From a virus (taxonomy: Duplodnaviria; Caudoviricetes), in IMG/VR virus record IMGVR_UViG_3300026283_000082, positions 1 to 53,481 of that record: 53,481 nt of DNA. One strand, written 5' to 3'. Below the pieces are notes generated by a model, which saw nothing but the letters and a program-made list of their open reading frames with translations, did no database searches and was not told where the DNA came from. The translations under genes were made by a program, and so were the position numbers. Within the stretch, counting starts at the first letter, position 1. Each line of letters opens with the position of its first letter. Shown here piece by piece: positions 10,110-19,033 of the stretch.

Positions 10110-10733
10110 TCAACAGGGCGCGGCGCGGGCCAGTCTCTGCCGGATCGCCGCAATCTGCTCAGGGGTGACAGGCCCTGACTCGTCAAAGTAGCCGATTCCG
10201 GGCACAAACAAGACGTTTCCGGCGGCGTCGCCGGGTTCAACCGGCGCGGTGCGAGGTGGTAGGTGGGGGGCGTTCATTGTTTTTAGGTCTTGTTTAGCGG
10301 CGGCGGCGATGGCGACATCGGCGCGAGCCTTCTTGATGGCCGCTGCGACGACGCGCTTGGGGATGCTGTCGAGCGTCGCTTGCATCTGTCGCTCTATGTC
10401 AGGGTTTTCGTCCCTCCACTTCTCCCACGAGTCGTCGTTGAGTTTGAAGGCGATCCACTCCGGGTGGTCGGGGGATGCCTCAAACGGCTCCTTGTTTGCC
10501 TTGCAGCGGGCGCACGCCTGGACAAACTCGCCCGACTCCACCCTCTTGTACCAGAGGTGCTTGGAACAGAAGTAGAGGCCGCATCCGTGAGGCTGACCCC
10601 ACGGTTCTCCGCCGCAAACGTAGGCGAGGCCCCGGTCGATCTTCTCGTTGCAGCCGGGGTGGTCGCAGTAGGCCGGGACACCGTAGCCGATGTCGCGTTG
10701 CCAGTCGTTGTCGTAACCGATGCTCCATCCCAT
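10110..10733 (-). CDS. Cys/His-rich (zinc-binding) conserved phage protein
   Basis: MGWSIGYD..WQRDIGYGVPAYCDHPGC..IDRGLAYVCGG...GCGLYFC. Confidence 0.75.
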   Translation of the reverse strand: MGWSIGYDNDWQRDIGYGVPAYCDHPGCNEKIDRGLAYVCGGEPWGQPHGCGLYFCSKHLWYKRVESGEFVQACARCKANKEPFEASPDHPEWIAFKLNDDSWEKWRDENPDIERQMQATLDSIPKRVVAAAIKKARADVAIAAAAKQDLKTMNAPHLPPRTAPVEPGDAAGNVLFVPGIGYFDESGPVTPEQIAAIRQRLARAAPC

Positions 10734-10735
10734 CG

Positions 10736-10921
10736 TCGTTGGGGGTTAGGTGGTGTATCCCTTGTAGAAAGGCTTGCGCGGGGCACCTTCGGGGTCTTGT
10801 TTGGCCCAGCGACGATGCAGCCGGGCCGTCATCTTCTTGACGAACCGCTCCCACTTCCTGCGTCGCTTGGGAGCCGTGTCGATCTGCTCAGGACGAGTGC
10901 TCATTCTCGTTGGGGGTTAGG
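10736..10921. repeat. 15-bp direct repeat TCGTTGGGGGTTAGG flanking a small gene
   Basis: Identical copies at 10736-10750 and 10907-10921; each contains the stop codon of one gene and the leader of the next. Confidence 0.8.
10746..10904 (-). CDS. 52-aa basic, Arg/Lys-rich protein (not in ORF track)
   Basis: Translated by hand as MSTRPEQIDTAPKRRRKWERFVKKMTARLHRRWAKQDPEGAPRKPFYKGYTT; fills the gap between neighbouring genes. Confidence 0.65.
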   Translation of the reverse strand: MSTRPEQIDTAPKRRRKWERFVKKMTARLHRRWAKQDPEGAPRKPFYKGYTT

Positions 10922-11717
10922 CGTTCTTGATCTCGACCTCGCCGGGCGCTCCGACGCGGCCTCCGTGAATGACGGCGTAGGTCGTTTGGTGGCCGTCGAT
11001 GCACCACGAGCGGCCCTTCTGTCGCGCTCCGTCCGAAGCGGTGTGCCCGACAATCTGCGGCAGGGGCAGGGCATCCTCAAACTCCTCGTCCCAGTCGCAC
11101 CAAAGCAGGCCGGGGCCGGTGACGCTTGATCCCCCACGGGCACGACCGATGCGGAAGGCTGGCTGGTCGCGCCACGCGAAGCGGTCTACCCATGCCTCCT
11201 TCATCTGGCTGAGGAAGAGAGGTAGCTCGCGCAAAAGATATTCGTCTTGTGCAGAACCATCGGCTTGCCCCCACGGCCAAAGCGCCTGCACCACCCCCGC
11301 GTGCGAGAGCAGGTAGCCACCCGCTTCGGTGGCGAGTTGGCACTCGTCCCAAAAGTCCGTCCCGTCCAGCACGTGCTGGATGTCGGTGGCGCGGGTCTTG
11401 GAGTAGCCGGAGCATCCTCCGGGAACGGCGAAGGCGTAGGCCGGTGGATGCCGGGTGTGCTCAAGCATCGCGTACTGGTAGTCGTGGTTGCCCACGAGAA
11501 ACGTCACGGGGATCGGGCGTCCGCCTTGCCGTTCGACCTCGGCGTGTAGTTCCAGCAGGCAGCGAGCGACCTTCTTGGCCGTGCATTTGGGGTCGTGGGC
11601 GTCGAAGTAGTCACCGAGCAGCACGAGCCGGTCGCAGCTGCCGCGCTCGGCCCCCAGCACGCGGCTGAGCCACGGAAGGTCGTGGTGTATGTCGGGGACA
11701 ACAAGGATGCGGGTCAT
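10917..11717 (-). CDS. Calcineurin-like metallophosphoesterase
   Basis: PDIH, GDYFD, GNHD, SHAG, QIVGHT. Confidence 0.9.
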   Translation of the reverse strand: MTRILVVPDIHHDLPWLSRVLGAERGSCDRLVLLGDYFDAHDPKCTAKKVARCLLELHAEVERQGGRPIPVTFLVGNHDYQYAMLEHTRHPPAYAFAVPGGCSGYSKTRATDIQHVLDGTDFWDECQLATEAGGYLLSHAGVVQALWPWGQADGSAQDEYLLRELPLFLSQMKEAWVDRFAWRDQPAFRIGRARGGSSVTGPGLLWCDWDEEFEDALPLPQIVGHTASDGARQKGRSWCIDGHQTTYAVIHGGRVGAPGEVEIKNA

Positions 11718-11736
11718 TGTAGAGGGCACTTGGGAA

Positions 11737-11928
11737 TCACAGGCGTGATAAAGGCGGCTTGGGCATAGAGGCGGCGGTGGCGGCGGACTTCCACACAGCA
11801 GTCCGACGACACCGCAAACAAGTCACTTGCCGGTGGTTGGCTGTAATCAGCGAGCTCTTGACACCACATGCCGCCCATCCGGCGTGGAGTGCCAAGAAGT
11901 GACACGGGAGACCAAGGGGGAGAATCAT
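11737..11928 (-). CDS. Small putative zinc-finger protein
   Basis: H...ACG...VTCLRC pattern from ATG 11928. Confidence 0.45.
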   Translation of the reverse strand: MILPLGLPCHFLALHAGWAACGVKSSLITANHRQVTCLRCRRTAVWKSAATAASMPKPPLSRL

Positions 11929-11933
11929 TGTGC

Positions 11934-12317
11934 CTATTGGGGCTTTGAGGTGAAGGATTCGGCGAGCCCCTTCCTGTAAGTGCGCAGACGCCTTATCTCG
12001 TCCTCGGCGGCGGACTTGGCGCTTTCTGCGGCTTTGCGCACCTGCTCGGCAGGCAGGGCCAAGACTTCGGCCCTTGGAGGCAAGAAGGAGCGCAACATTT
12101 CCCCGGAGGCGTGATGCAACACGCCTTCCAGCTCGATGTCGAAGTAGGTAGGGTCTCCCTTTTCGTACTCCTTTTCTTGGCCGCAGCACATACAAGCAGT
12201 GCCGGGGCCGTATTCCGAGGTGGCTTTGGCGAGAAAGGCGAACTTGTTTGCGAACCGCTGCGCGCTTTGAATAGCCGCTTCAAGGCCTTCTGGTGTGTTG
12301 AGGTTGGTGCTCTTCAT
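11934..12317 (-). CDS. Hypothetical protein
   Basis: 127-aa ORF with a CxxC motif and coiled-coil C-terminus. Confidence 0.6.
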   Translation of the reverse strand: MKSTNLNTPEGLEAAIQSAQRFANKFAFLAKATSEYGPGTACMCCGQEKEYEKGDPTYFDIELEGVLHHASGEMLRSFLPPRAEVLALPAEQVRKAAESAKSAAEDEIRRLRTYRKGLAESFTSKPQ

Positions 12318-12332
12318 GGGTTATCTGGGCGG

Positions 12333-12617
12333 TTAGAAGCCGTGCGCGAATCTGTTTCGGATGTCCTTTACCCGGCGCTCTGCGGCCCGTATAGCCCGGG
12401 GATCGCCACCTGCCTCCGCCTCCGCCTCCGCCTCGCGCAGTGCCGTAAGTGCCCCCAGCATCTCCGCGCGGTACGTTTCATAGCGCCGGGCGAACCAGAC
12501 TTCATTTTCGCAGCATCGGCAGCGTGAGCCGCCGCCCGTGCCGGGGTTCCTTGTGGGTCTTGGCGGCGTACTGTCGGGCGATGGAGCTAAAAGCCAGCGG
12601 AAGAAACGGCCAATCAT
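12333..12617 (-). CDS. Hypothetical protein
   Basis: ATG MIGRFF at 12617; CRCC motif. Confidence 0.5.
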   Translation of the reverse strand: MIGRFFRWLLAPSPDSTPPRPTRNPGTGGGSRCRCCENEVWFARRYETYRAEMLGALTALREAEAEAEAGGDPRAIRAAERRVKDIRNRFAHGF

Positions 12618-12727
12618 CTCAGGCGGGGTCTTTCTGGTATCGGTAAATCGTCTTCGACCCCGCCACACCTAGAGACAAGGGTGGGGGTGGATTGTCGCAT
12701 AGCGATCTCCGGTGGGTTGTTGTGGTT

Positions 12728-12931
12728 TCAGATGCCAAAAGAAAGCTGGTCGGCTTTTCTTTGCGTTCGCTCGTAGTCGCTGAGTATGGCCGTAGCGATT
12801 TCGATTTCTCGGTCGGCCTCGGCCTCGGCCTGCGTCATACGGCCTTCGGCGACGCGCCTTGGGTAGACCTTGTACCGCATCGCAATCTCTCGTCTGAGCG
12901 ACTTGATCTTGTCTGCAAGAGTCACGTTCAT
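12728..12931 (-). CDS. Small conserved phage protein
   Basis: REIAMRYKVYPRRVAEGRMTQAEADREI-type motif. Confidence 0.7.
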   Translation of the reverse strand: MNVTLADKIKSLRREIAMRYKVYPRRVAEGRMTQAEAEADREIEIATAILSDYERTQRKADQLSFGI

Positions 12932-12950
12932 AGCCTTGCTTGGGCGTGTG

Positions 12951-13028
12951 TGGCGCTCCCGGCAGGAATCGAACCTGCAACCGCCTGCTTAGAAGGCAGA
13001 CGCTCTATCCGGCTTGAGCTACGGGAGC
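12951..13028 (-). tRNA. tRNA-Arg(UCU)
   Basis: Reverse complement: GCTCCCG TA GCTC-AAGCCGGATA-GAGC G TCTGC-CTTCTAA-GCAGG CGGTT GCAGG-TTCGATT-CCTGC CGGGAGC G CCA. Full cloverleaf, anticodon TCT, encoded CCA. Confidence 0.97.
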
Positions 13029-13253
13029 AAAGTCGGGGGCGGGCGGCGCTCAAGGCACCACGCTCCGCCCCCTTCTCGTCAGGTGAGATCGTCCGTCCTT
13101 CCGCGCCTTAGCCCAACGTAGCCTTTAGGGCCTCCGGGCTTTGCCCATGCCCTGCGCCCTCTGGTACTTGGGGCGGCGCAGGAGTAGGGAGGCGCGGCGT
13201 GTTTCAGCGGGCTGGACACGGCCCGCCTGATGGCGGAGGCCACCCCGGAATCG
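13029..13253 (-). ncRNA. Candidate structured RNA between the SSB-like gene and the tRNA
   Basis: Nested helices on the minus strand: ccgcgcct/aggcgcgg encloses cctgcgcc/ggcgcagg and agccc/gggct; also gggggcgg/ccgccccc. Confidence 0.35.
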
Positions 13254-13895
13254 TCAGAACGGGAGGTCGTCCGCGCCCTCCTCCTCTTGCACGCCCGTGG
13301 CCGCCTGCGCCCCAAATGCGGGAGGCCCGGCGGGTAGGGCTTCAGGTGCGTCGGTGGCGAGTTCGGAGGGCGCGCGGGGCGGCTCGGCGGTGTTCACGCG
13401 GATGCGCGCCTTGGTGTAGCGCGAAGCCGTAACACCGTCCTTCTTGCCCGCCGCCTCCTCGGCATCCGCCTTGGAGGGCCATAGGTTGCGCGACCATGCT
13501 CCGGTGGACCACTCAAGGTCTACCGAGTGGTTGGACATGGCCGAGAAGCGAAGCGGCGGCTCTTGCACGAACTGGGCGGCGAAAGCTTCCCACGAGGGCA
13601 GGTCGCTCTTCCACTGAAAACCCGACGCCTCGGCAAGGCGCTGAAGGTCGCCGCTGCTGCGCTGGGAGTTTTCGGGGTTCAGGCCCCACATAAACGTCGC
13701 CGTGGCCCTGCCTCCGGCGTGCTCGCCCGTGTCGGCGCGGCACTGGAACTCGACAATGTGAAGGCTCTTACCCTCAACGTACTTGTATTCGTGGCCCACG
13801 ATGGAGAAGTCAAAGACCGTACGGTCGGGCAAGACCTTGCGCTCGGTGGGCTGAGAGGCGGCAACGGCCGCGTAGGATGGGAGAGACGGAAGCAT
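13254..13895 (-). CDS. SSB-like protein (DUF669-type)
   Basis: Acidic C-terminal tail ending DDLPF; located with Gp157 and the AAA ATPase. Confidence 0.7.
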   Translation of the reverse strand: MLPSLPSYAAVAASQPTERKVLPDRTVFDFSIVGHEYKYVEGKSLHIVEFQCRADTGEHAGGRATATFMWGLNPENSQRSSGDLQRLAEASGFQWKSDLPSWEAFAAQFVQEPPLRFSAMSNHSVDLEWSTGAWSRNLWPSKADAEEAAGKKDGVTASRYTKARIRVNTAEPPRAPSELATDAPEALPAGPPAFGAQAATGVQEEEGADDLPF

Positions 13896-13966
13896 GGGCT
13901 TCTGGTAGGGTTGTCGCCCGTGGTTGCGGGCGGTGGTAAGGGGCCGCTCATGGCGGCTTGGTTTCG

Positions 13967-14494
13967 TTACTTGAGGACTTCGCCGGTCACCCGCAGGTGG
14001 CTTCCGCGTCCCAGAAGGCGAGCAAAGTGCAGCGTCTCGCCGCGCGCCAGCGCCTCGCGTATCCGGGTTTTGTCGGGCGAGTATGTGATCGTTTCGACCC
14101 GGAACCGCTCGGGAAGGTCCTTAGCGGGCATTTGGTCGATGTCCAGCGGGGCGACGCCGCCGTTTTTGACGGACACGTAGTCCGCGCTCGGCGTCGTGAC
14201 CTTGCCACCGGCCATATCAACGAGGCGCAGCATGGCCGCCTTGGCGCGGTCGGCTTTGCGCGTTTCGGCTTTGGCCGAGCTTGCCTTGACGCGGGCCTGT
14301 TCGCTGCGAAAGTCCGCAAGCATGGCGTGCTCGCTGGCGATCACGGCAAGCGCGTCAAGGGCGTCGCCGACCTGCCCAAACTCGCCCATCAGTTCGTCAA
14401 ACTCGGCGTCGAGCGCGTCGTTTGTCTCGCCGCCGCTCTCTTCGTAGGCTTCGAGTAGCGCGCGAAGGCGCTGCTCAAGCATGAAGGTGTTCAT
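13967..14494 (-). CDS. Siphovirus Gp157-family protein
   Basis: Coiled coil followed by SVKNGG..PL.I...LPERF...PDKTRIREAL..GE...FARL..RGSHLRV. Confidence 0.85.
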   Translation of the reverse strand: MNTFMLEQRLRALLEAYEESGGETNDALDAEFDELMGEFGQVGDALDALAVIASEHAMLADFRSEQARVKASSAKAETRKADRAKAAMLRLVDMAGGKVTTPSADYVSVKNGGVAPLDIDQMPAKDLPERFRVETITYSPDKTRIREALARGETLHFARLLGRGSHLRVTGEVLK

Positions 14495-14841
14495 TGTTTA
14501 TGTCCGGTCTTGATGGTGGTGAGGATTCGGTACACCGTCCGCACGCTTACTCCGAGCCCTCGTGCGATCTGCATGGGATGCTGGCCGAGCCGAATGGCAA
14601 GGGAGACGTGATCTTGTCTCTGCTTCGCCTGCTCGGCCTTGCGAAGAGCGCGGGCATTTCTGCACGTCTCGGTGAGGCCATTGTCCCTGAGCAGGCGAAG
14701 CAGCGTCGATTCGGACATGCCCTCAGAAAGGGCCACCGACCTAATGCTCATGCCCCGCACGCAGTAGTCAATCGCACGTAGAAGACTCGATTGCAGGAAG
14801 GGACTCGACTTCGACCACTTGAGGTTTTGCTTCGTAATCAT
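14491..14841 (-). CDS. Tandem HTH DNA-binding protein
   Basis: GMSIRSVALSEGMSESTLLRLL and MQIARGLGVSVRTVYRIL. Confidence 0.75.
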   Translation of the reverse strand: MITKQNLKWSKSSPFLQSSLLRAIDYCVRGMSIRSVALSEGMSESTLLRLLRDNGLTETCRNARALRKAEQAKQRQDHVSLAIRLGQHPMQIARGLGVSVRTVYRILTTIKTGHKQ

Positions 14842-15242
14842 GTCCGAACCTCCACTACGGCGTGGTTTTCTCCGTTCTCAACGACCTCAAGCCCAGCCGC
14901 AAGAATGGACACGAGCGCGCGCACCTGTTGGGTTGAGAACTCGGTATTGACCGTGACGGAAGGGTTGCCGTTCTCATTTGCCGACACGAGCACAAGCAGC
15001 GGCACGACCGGGGTGCCCATTCGCTCAAGGTTGATACGCTTCACGATGTCGCCGTAGACGCTGTCGCCAAAGTCCTTGAGGCTGCTGTGTCCCGGCGAGC
15101 CTATCCGCCTAACCTCGTAGTCGTTTTCGTCGCCGGGGTCGCGTCCTGTGGTGAAGCCCTCCTCTTGGAGAAAGCCATCTCCGGATGGCCGCTCGTCATG
15201 AGCGGGGTCTTGCGCATTGGCGCTTTGCTCTTTGGGTTTCAT
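14838..15242 (-). CDS. Hypothetical protein
   Basis: 134-aa ORF coupled to both neighbours. Confidence 0.6.
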   Translation of the reverse strand: MKPKEQSANAQDPAHDERPSGDGFLQEEGFTTGRDPGDENDYEVRRIGSPGHSSLKDFGDSVYGDIVKRINLERMGTPVVPLLVLVSANENGNPSVTVNTEFSTQQVRALVSILAAGLEVVENGENHAVVEVRT

Positions 15243-15631
15243 TAGACCGGGTGGTGAAAGATGGATGCCTGATCTCCGGTGGACTGCACGATCTGTGCGA
15301 TCCTGTCGGCTCCGGGGGCGGCCTCTCGGCAGGCGAAGAAGCCCTTGAGGTCGCTCTCGCGCTCCATCAAAAGCCGCGCGTAGTAGGGGCGCAGGTTGTT
15401 GTTGAGCTTGAAGGCGTCGCCGCGCGTGGAGACGGCGTGGTCGTACCGGACGATCTCAAAGAGCCCGCCAATCGAGTAGCGGCGAATACCGTGACTCTTT
15501 GCGCGGCGGGCGAGGCGGGCAAGCTCGTCGTAGACGTGCGGGTTAGCTCGGTGGAAGGCCACGAACCGCTCGATCAGCGTTGGCGATGGCGTCGAGACTG
15601 GTGGCGGCGAGGCGGCTTCGTTCGATTGCAT
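15242..15631 (-). CDS. Conserved phage hypothetical protein
   Basis: FVAFHRANPHVY...FKLNNNLRPYYARLLM; leader motif present. Confidence 0.75.
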   Translation of the reverse strand: MQSNEAASPPPVSTPSPTLIERFVAFHRANPHVYDELARLARRAKSHGIRRYSIGGLFEIVRYDHAVSTRGDAFKLNNNLRPYYARLLMERESDLKGFFACREAAPGADRIAQIVQSTGDQASIFHHPV

Positions 15632-15666
15632 CTTCTGGTGGGTATTGGCCCCGGTAAGGGCCGTGC

Positions 15667-15777
15667 TTAGGACAGCGCGGCAAGCGACGCTGCAATGAAG
15701 GCGAGGGCGCTAAACGCCAGCGCAAGGCACTGGTCTTTGCTCAGCGGCGACGGCGGCGGAGCGCGGTAGGTCTTCAT
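15667..15777 (-). CDS. 36-aa membrane peptide (not in ORF track)
   Basis: MKTYRAPPPSPLSKDQCLALAFSALAFIAASLAALS, preceded by the full leader motif. Confidence 0.55.
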   Translation of the reverse strand: MKTYRAPPPSPLSKDQCLALAFSALAFIAASLAALS

Positions 15778-15859
15778 GGCTCTTCTGGTTTTTTTCCTCT
15801 ACCGGGTAAGGCGAGGTTGGTGGCGGAGTGGCGATGTGAGCGGCCGCAGGGGTGGACTA

Positions 15860-16795
15860 CTACTCGGCCTCTGCGGCGCGGGCGGCGCGGGCGGCCTCGG
15901 CCCGGTCAAGCAGGCGCTCGACCTCAAGGAGCATCTCGGTGGGCAAGTCGGTCATGCGCCCCACAATGCCCCCGGAGACGTGCATAGCTGCGCGGCCCAT
16001 GCGCGATTCTGCGTTCACAGCGTTGCCGTCTTCGAGCGCAAGGAAGCGCGCGCCGAGCGCGGCGAGGCTCTGCTCTCGGCTCTCGGCGTCTGCGCCCGAG
16101 AGCCAGTCCTTCACCGCGTCCATTACGTCCGCGCCGGGGTGATGGAAGTGCTTGCCGCGAAGCGCGAAGCAGCGCGTCTTCTCGATCATCAAGCCGTTGT
16201 CGAGGTCCATCACGCCCACGATGTCGAACTCGTACTCGATGTCCTTGCCCATAATCGGGCCAAGTCCCACCTTGCGGATGGCCGTCTTGCCGTTCGCGCC
16301 GGTCTCCTGCACGTAGTCGGTCTTGGCGCGCATGGTGGCGATCACGTGCGGCGGGGCCGCGATGATGGCCTCGGTCATCTCGCGCATCTGCGGGGTTACG
16401 TCCTTCCACGCATTGAACGTGTTGCCGCTGCCGTATCGGGCTTTCTTGTCCACTTGATCGAGCGCCCCTTCCGCTCCCGTCCAAGCGTGCGAGAGGCTGT
16501 CGATGACGAGAACGTCGTAGCCGTTTTGCCCGGCCATGATAGCCGCCGTCTTGTAGGTGGTGGGCGAGAAGTCGCCGCTGAGTTCGATCACGTCGAACCC
16601 CCCGATGCTGGGCATCCCGACGTACTTGGACGCGCTGCCGTGCTCGGAATCCACGACAAGAATGCGGCCGTCTGGCCCGGCGAGCGCGCGCGCAAAAAGC
16701 AGCGCGGTGTAGGTCTTGCCTGAGCCGGAGGGGCCGTACAAGGCCATGCGAAGTTTGGCGTCAAGTTTGACGGCCTTTTTGATAGTGAGAGCCAT
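15860..16795 (-). CDS. AAA_24/Sak4-like ATPase (recombination module)
   Basis: GPSGSGKT, VDSE.GS, VIDSLSHAW, IEYEFD; start MALTIKKA at 16795. Confidence 0.9.
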   Translation of the reverse strand: MALTIKKAVKLDAKLRMALYGPSGSGKTYTALLFARALAGPDGRILVVDSEHGSASKYVGMPSIGGFDVIELSGDFSPTTYKTAAIMAGQNGYDVLVIDSLSHAWTGAEGALDQVDKKARYGSGNTFNAWKDVTPQMREMTEAIIAAPPHVIATMRAKTDYVQETGANGKTAIRKVGLGPIMGKDIEYEFDIVGVMDLDNGLMIEKTRCFALRGKHFHHPGADVMDAVKDWLSGADAESREQSLAALGARFLALEDGNAVNAESRMGRAAMHVSGGIVGRMTDLPTEMLLEVERLLDRAEAARAARAAEAE

Positions 16796-16809
16796 GTTTG
16801 GTGTTTGGT

Positions 16810-17079
16810 TTATGGTTGATGAGGCGTAGGCATGAGGTAGCCGTATCCGGCCCGCTCGAAGCATCTTCCCTGAATCACGTCTCGCTCCATCGAGGAAACG
16901 CCGTCAGAGTTTTCAAGGCACGTGTATAGGTAGTGGCCGGGTTTTAGCCGATGGGTGCGGACGCGGCCGATCATGCCGCCCACGGCGCGGCGCTTGGCCT
17001 CGGCCTTGGTCGGGTGAGACGAGAGAATCCCCTCGTCCAAGTCCACTACATGCCACTGTTTCATGAATGCGTCTTTCAT
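16810..17079 (-). CDS. Hypothetical protein
   Basis: 89-aa ORF filling an operon gap. Confidence 0.55.
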   Translation of the reverse strand: MKDAFMKQWHVVDLDEGILSSHPTKAEAKRRAVGGMIGRVRTHRLKPGHYLYTCLENSDGVSSMERDVIQGRCFERAGYGYLMPTPHQP

Positions 17080-17082
17080 CCC

Positions 17083-17622
17083 TCAGCCTCCCCGCGTGCC
17101 GCCATTCTCTTTGGCCTCGGCGATGACAACGAGTTGTTTGACAATGCCAAAGAAGGCGCTTCTTTGACTGGCGGCTTCGGCGCTGGTGCGCTTCACGCCT
17201 TGATCCGCGCCCATCTTTTCCGCGAGATCGCCGAGGTGATGCCCGTAGTAATCGGCGAACAGTCGCCTGAACGCCTTGTGGTCAAACGGCACCATTTCTG
17301 CGAGGTCGATGGCAGTCGGCGCGATGTCCTGCTCGTCGTAGCCAAGCAGCCGAAGCCCCTCGGCGTTCTGGTGGATACGCCAAGCAGGCTGGACGCTTTG
17401 CGGGAGGCGCGCCAGCGCAAGATGGCTGGCGCGCGCAACCATTCGGTGCGGCGCGTCCACCACTGCGCAGATGCTTGCGGCGCTTTGCGTGGGCGCGAGG
17501 GCGGTGAGTGAGAGGTCGTTCCACTCAGGGCCAAGGCGCTGCCTCGATACGACGACCACGAAGTGGGCGGATCGAAGAACGGCATAGGCCGCCCGGAGGC
17601 GGCTTAGAAAGCCTGCGGTCAT
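17083..17622 (-). CDS. Hypothetical protein
   Basis: 179-aa ORF with its own promoter and leader motif. Confidence 0.65.
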   Translation of the reverse strand: MTAGFLSRLRAAYAVLRSAHFVVVVSRQRLGPEWNDLSLTALAPTQSAASICAVVDAPHRMVARASHLALARLPQSVQPAWRIHQNAEGLRLLGYDEQDIAPTAIDLAEMVPFDHKAFRRLFADYYGHHLGDLAEKMGADQGVKRTSAEAASQRSAFFGIVKQLVVIAEAKENGGTRGG

Positions 17623-17690
17623 GCTCTTCTGATGTATTGGGCCACAGGTGGCGGGGCCCGGTGGTGGGCCTGCGGTGACAGGCGTATGGC

Positions 17691-17719
17691 AATATACGAA
17701 GCGCCAATGTCTGGCGCAA
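17691..17719 (-). promoter_or_regulatory. Sigma70-like early promoter
   Basis: Minus strand TTGCGC-N17-TATATT, directly followed by the leader hairpin at 17668-17683. Confidence 0.6.
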
Positions 17720-17727
17720 GAGCCTTT

Positions 17728-18360
17728 TTAGGTGGACTCTGCCTCCGAATGTTCGAGTAGCGCCAGTGGCTCAAGATCGCCCGAGTAGATGGCCTTGGCC
17801 TTGGGAGGCGCGGGCGCTTTGACTACTTGCGCTGCTTCGGCCACGCGCCCTGTTTCCGTCCATGTCAGCCCTCGGCCCCATGCCTGAACGCGGAGCGAGC
17901 CGGGGATTTCAAACGCAAACGGCACGGCCGTCCACCGTCGTCTCATTTGGTTCGCGGCGTGGTCGATACCCGGCTCCAGCGCCGCCTGACCAGTGGTCGC
18001 CATCGTAGTTTCTCGGGCGACTTGGTGCCGCCTCGCCCGTTGGTGAGCGCGCCGAATGTTATCGTCCATGGCCTGCATGTATTCTGCGCTGGACTCAAGC
18101 ACGTCCGCCCTGTCCGACAGCGCGCCGCGAACTATGCTCGCGTGGCGCGACGTTGACTGGCTGTAGCGCCCGGTGTTGACGATGCGGATGGACGGTATTG
18201 TGTCTGTCCCATCGTGAGCGACAAGCAGGGGGTGGTGATGCCCGTAGGAGTAGACGACGTAGAAGCGGCCGTAGCGGCGTCCGAAGAAGTTGCTTCCTGT
18301 GAAGGACCGCAGCGCCTGTATGTGCGCTGCGGCGTCGCGGTTGCGGCGAATGCGTGGCAT
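17728..18360 (-). CDS. Conserved phage early protein
   Basis: YVVYSYGHHHPL...NTGRYSQSTSRH motif. Confidence 0.7.
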   Translation of the reverse strand: MPRIRRNRDAAAHIQALRSFTGSNFFGRRYGRFYVVYSYGHHHPLLVAHDGTDTIPSIRIVNTGRYSQSTSRHASIVRGALSDRADVLESSAEYMQAMDDNIRRAHQRARRHQVARETTMATTGQAALEPGIDHAANQMRRRWTAVPFAFEIPGSLRVQAWGRGLTWTETGRVAEAAQVVKAPAPPKAKAIYSGDLEPLALLEHSEAEST

Positions 18361-18373
18361 GGTGGTTGATTGG

Positions 18374-18868
18374 TTAGTTGCGACTGGCCCGCTCGGGTGA
18401 TGTCTGGGCGTTCTGCAAAAGACCTGCTATGCGACTCCTTATGAGTAGGCAGATACGCCCATAAAACACACGAGACAAGTTTGCCTTGCGGTAGGCGTCT
18501 GGCGTCGTGGCGCGTAGGATGCGTGAGTACGCCCACGTGGCGTGCTGCTCGGCGTAGGCGGGGCTGGATCGGTAGCGGCTCATTGCCCCCTCTACCCCCT
18601 GCCCCGCCAGCGGGAGCGCCTGCGCTTCAAGCGGGCCGTAGTCGGACAAGCACGTGCGGCACATAAGGGTTCGGGCCTCGTGCTCGCTCGGTGCGGGCAC
18701 TTGGTGGCCGGGATAGGACGTGCAGGGCATCAGGCGAATGAGCGCCGGAGCCTCGCCCTCGGCTTCGAGGCATCGAGGGCATCCGTAGGCGGACTCCTGA
18801 TCGGGCGAGGCGGCCTCGTCGTCGTAGCGCCCGTCGTCAAGGTCGCGGCTGGGGTCTGTGAATGGCAT
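18374..18868 (-). CDS. Hypothetical protein with two CxxC motifs
   Basis: CPRC...CRTC; TCAGAAGAc ATG leader. Confidence 0.65.
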   Translation of the reverse strand: MPFTDPSRDLDDGRYDDEAASPDQESAYGCPRCLEAEGEAPALIRLMPCTSYPGHQVPAPSEHEARTLMCRTCLSDYGPLEAQALPLAGQGVEGAMSRYRSSPAYAEQHATWAYSRILRATTPDAYRKANLSRVFYGRICLLIRSRIAGLLQNAQTSPERASRN

Positions 18869-19033
18869 GTCTTCTGATGATGGCTACTCGCAGCGAAAGT
18901 GAGTCGTAGTGATACACTATTGCGTTGATAGAACCCGCATGTTCCGAATCCTCCCTAATAAGTATTAGCACATTAGGGGTGTTAGCGTGTGTGTGCGTGC
19001 GCGCCTGCGCATATGGAATGCGCACGCTTCCTA

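Noticed and set aside
13075-13257. Two CTGACGA motifs and a GAAAC on the minus strand suggesting a hammerhead ribozyme
   Set aside because: Stem II closing pair and stems I/III could not be built around the core
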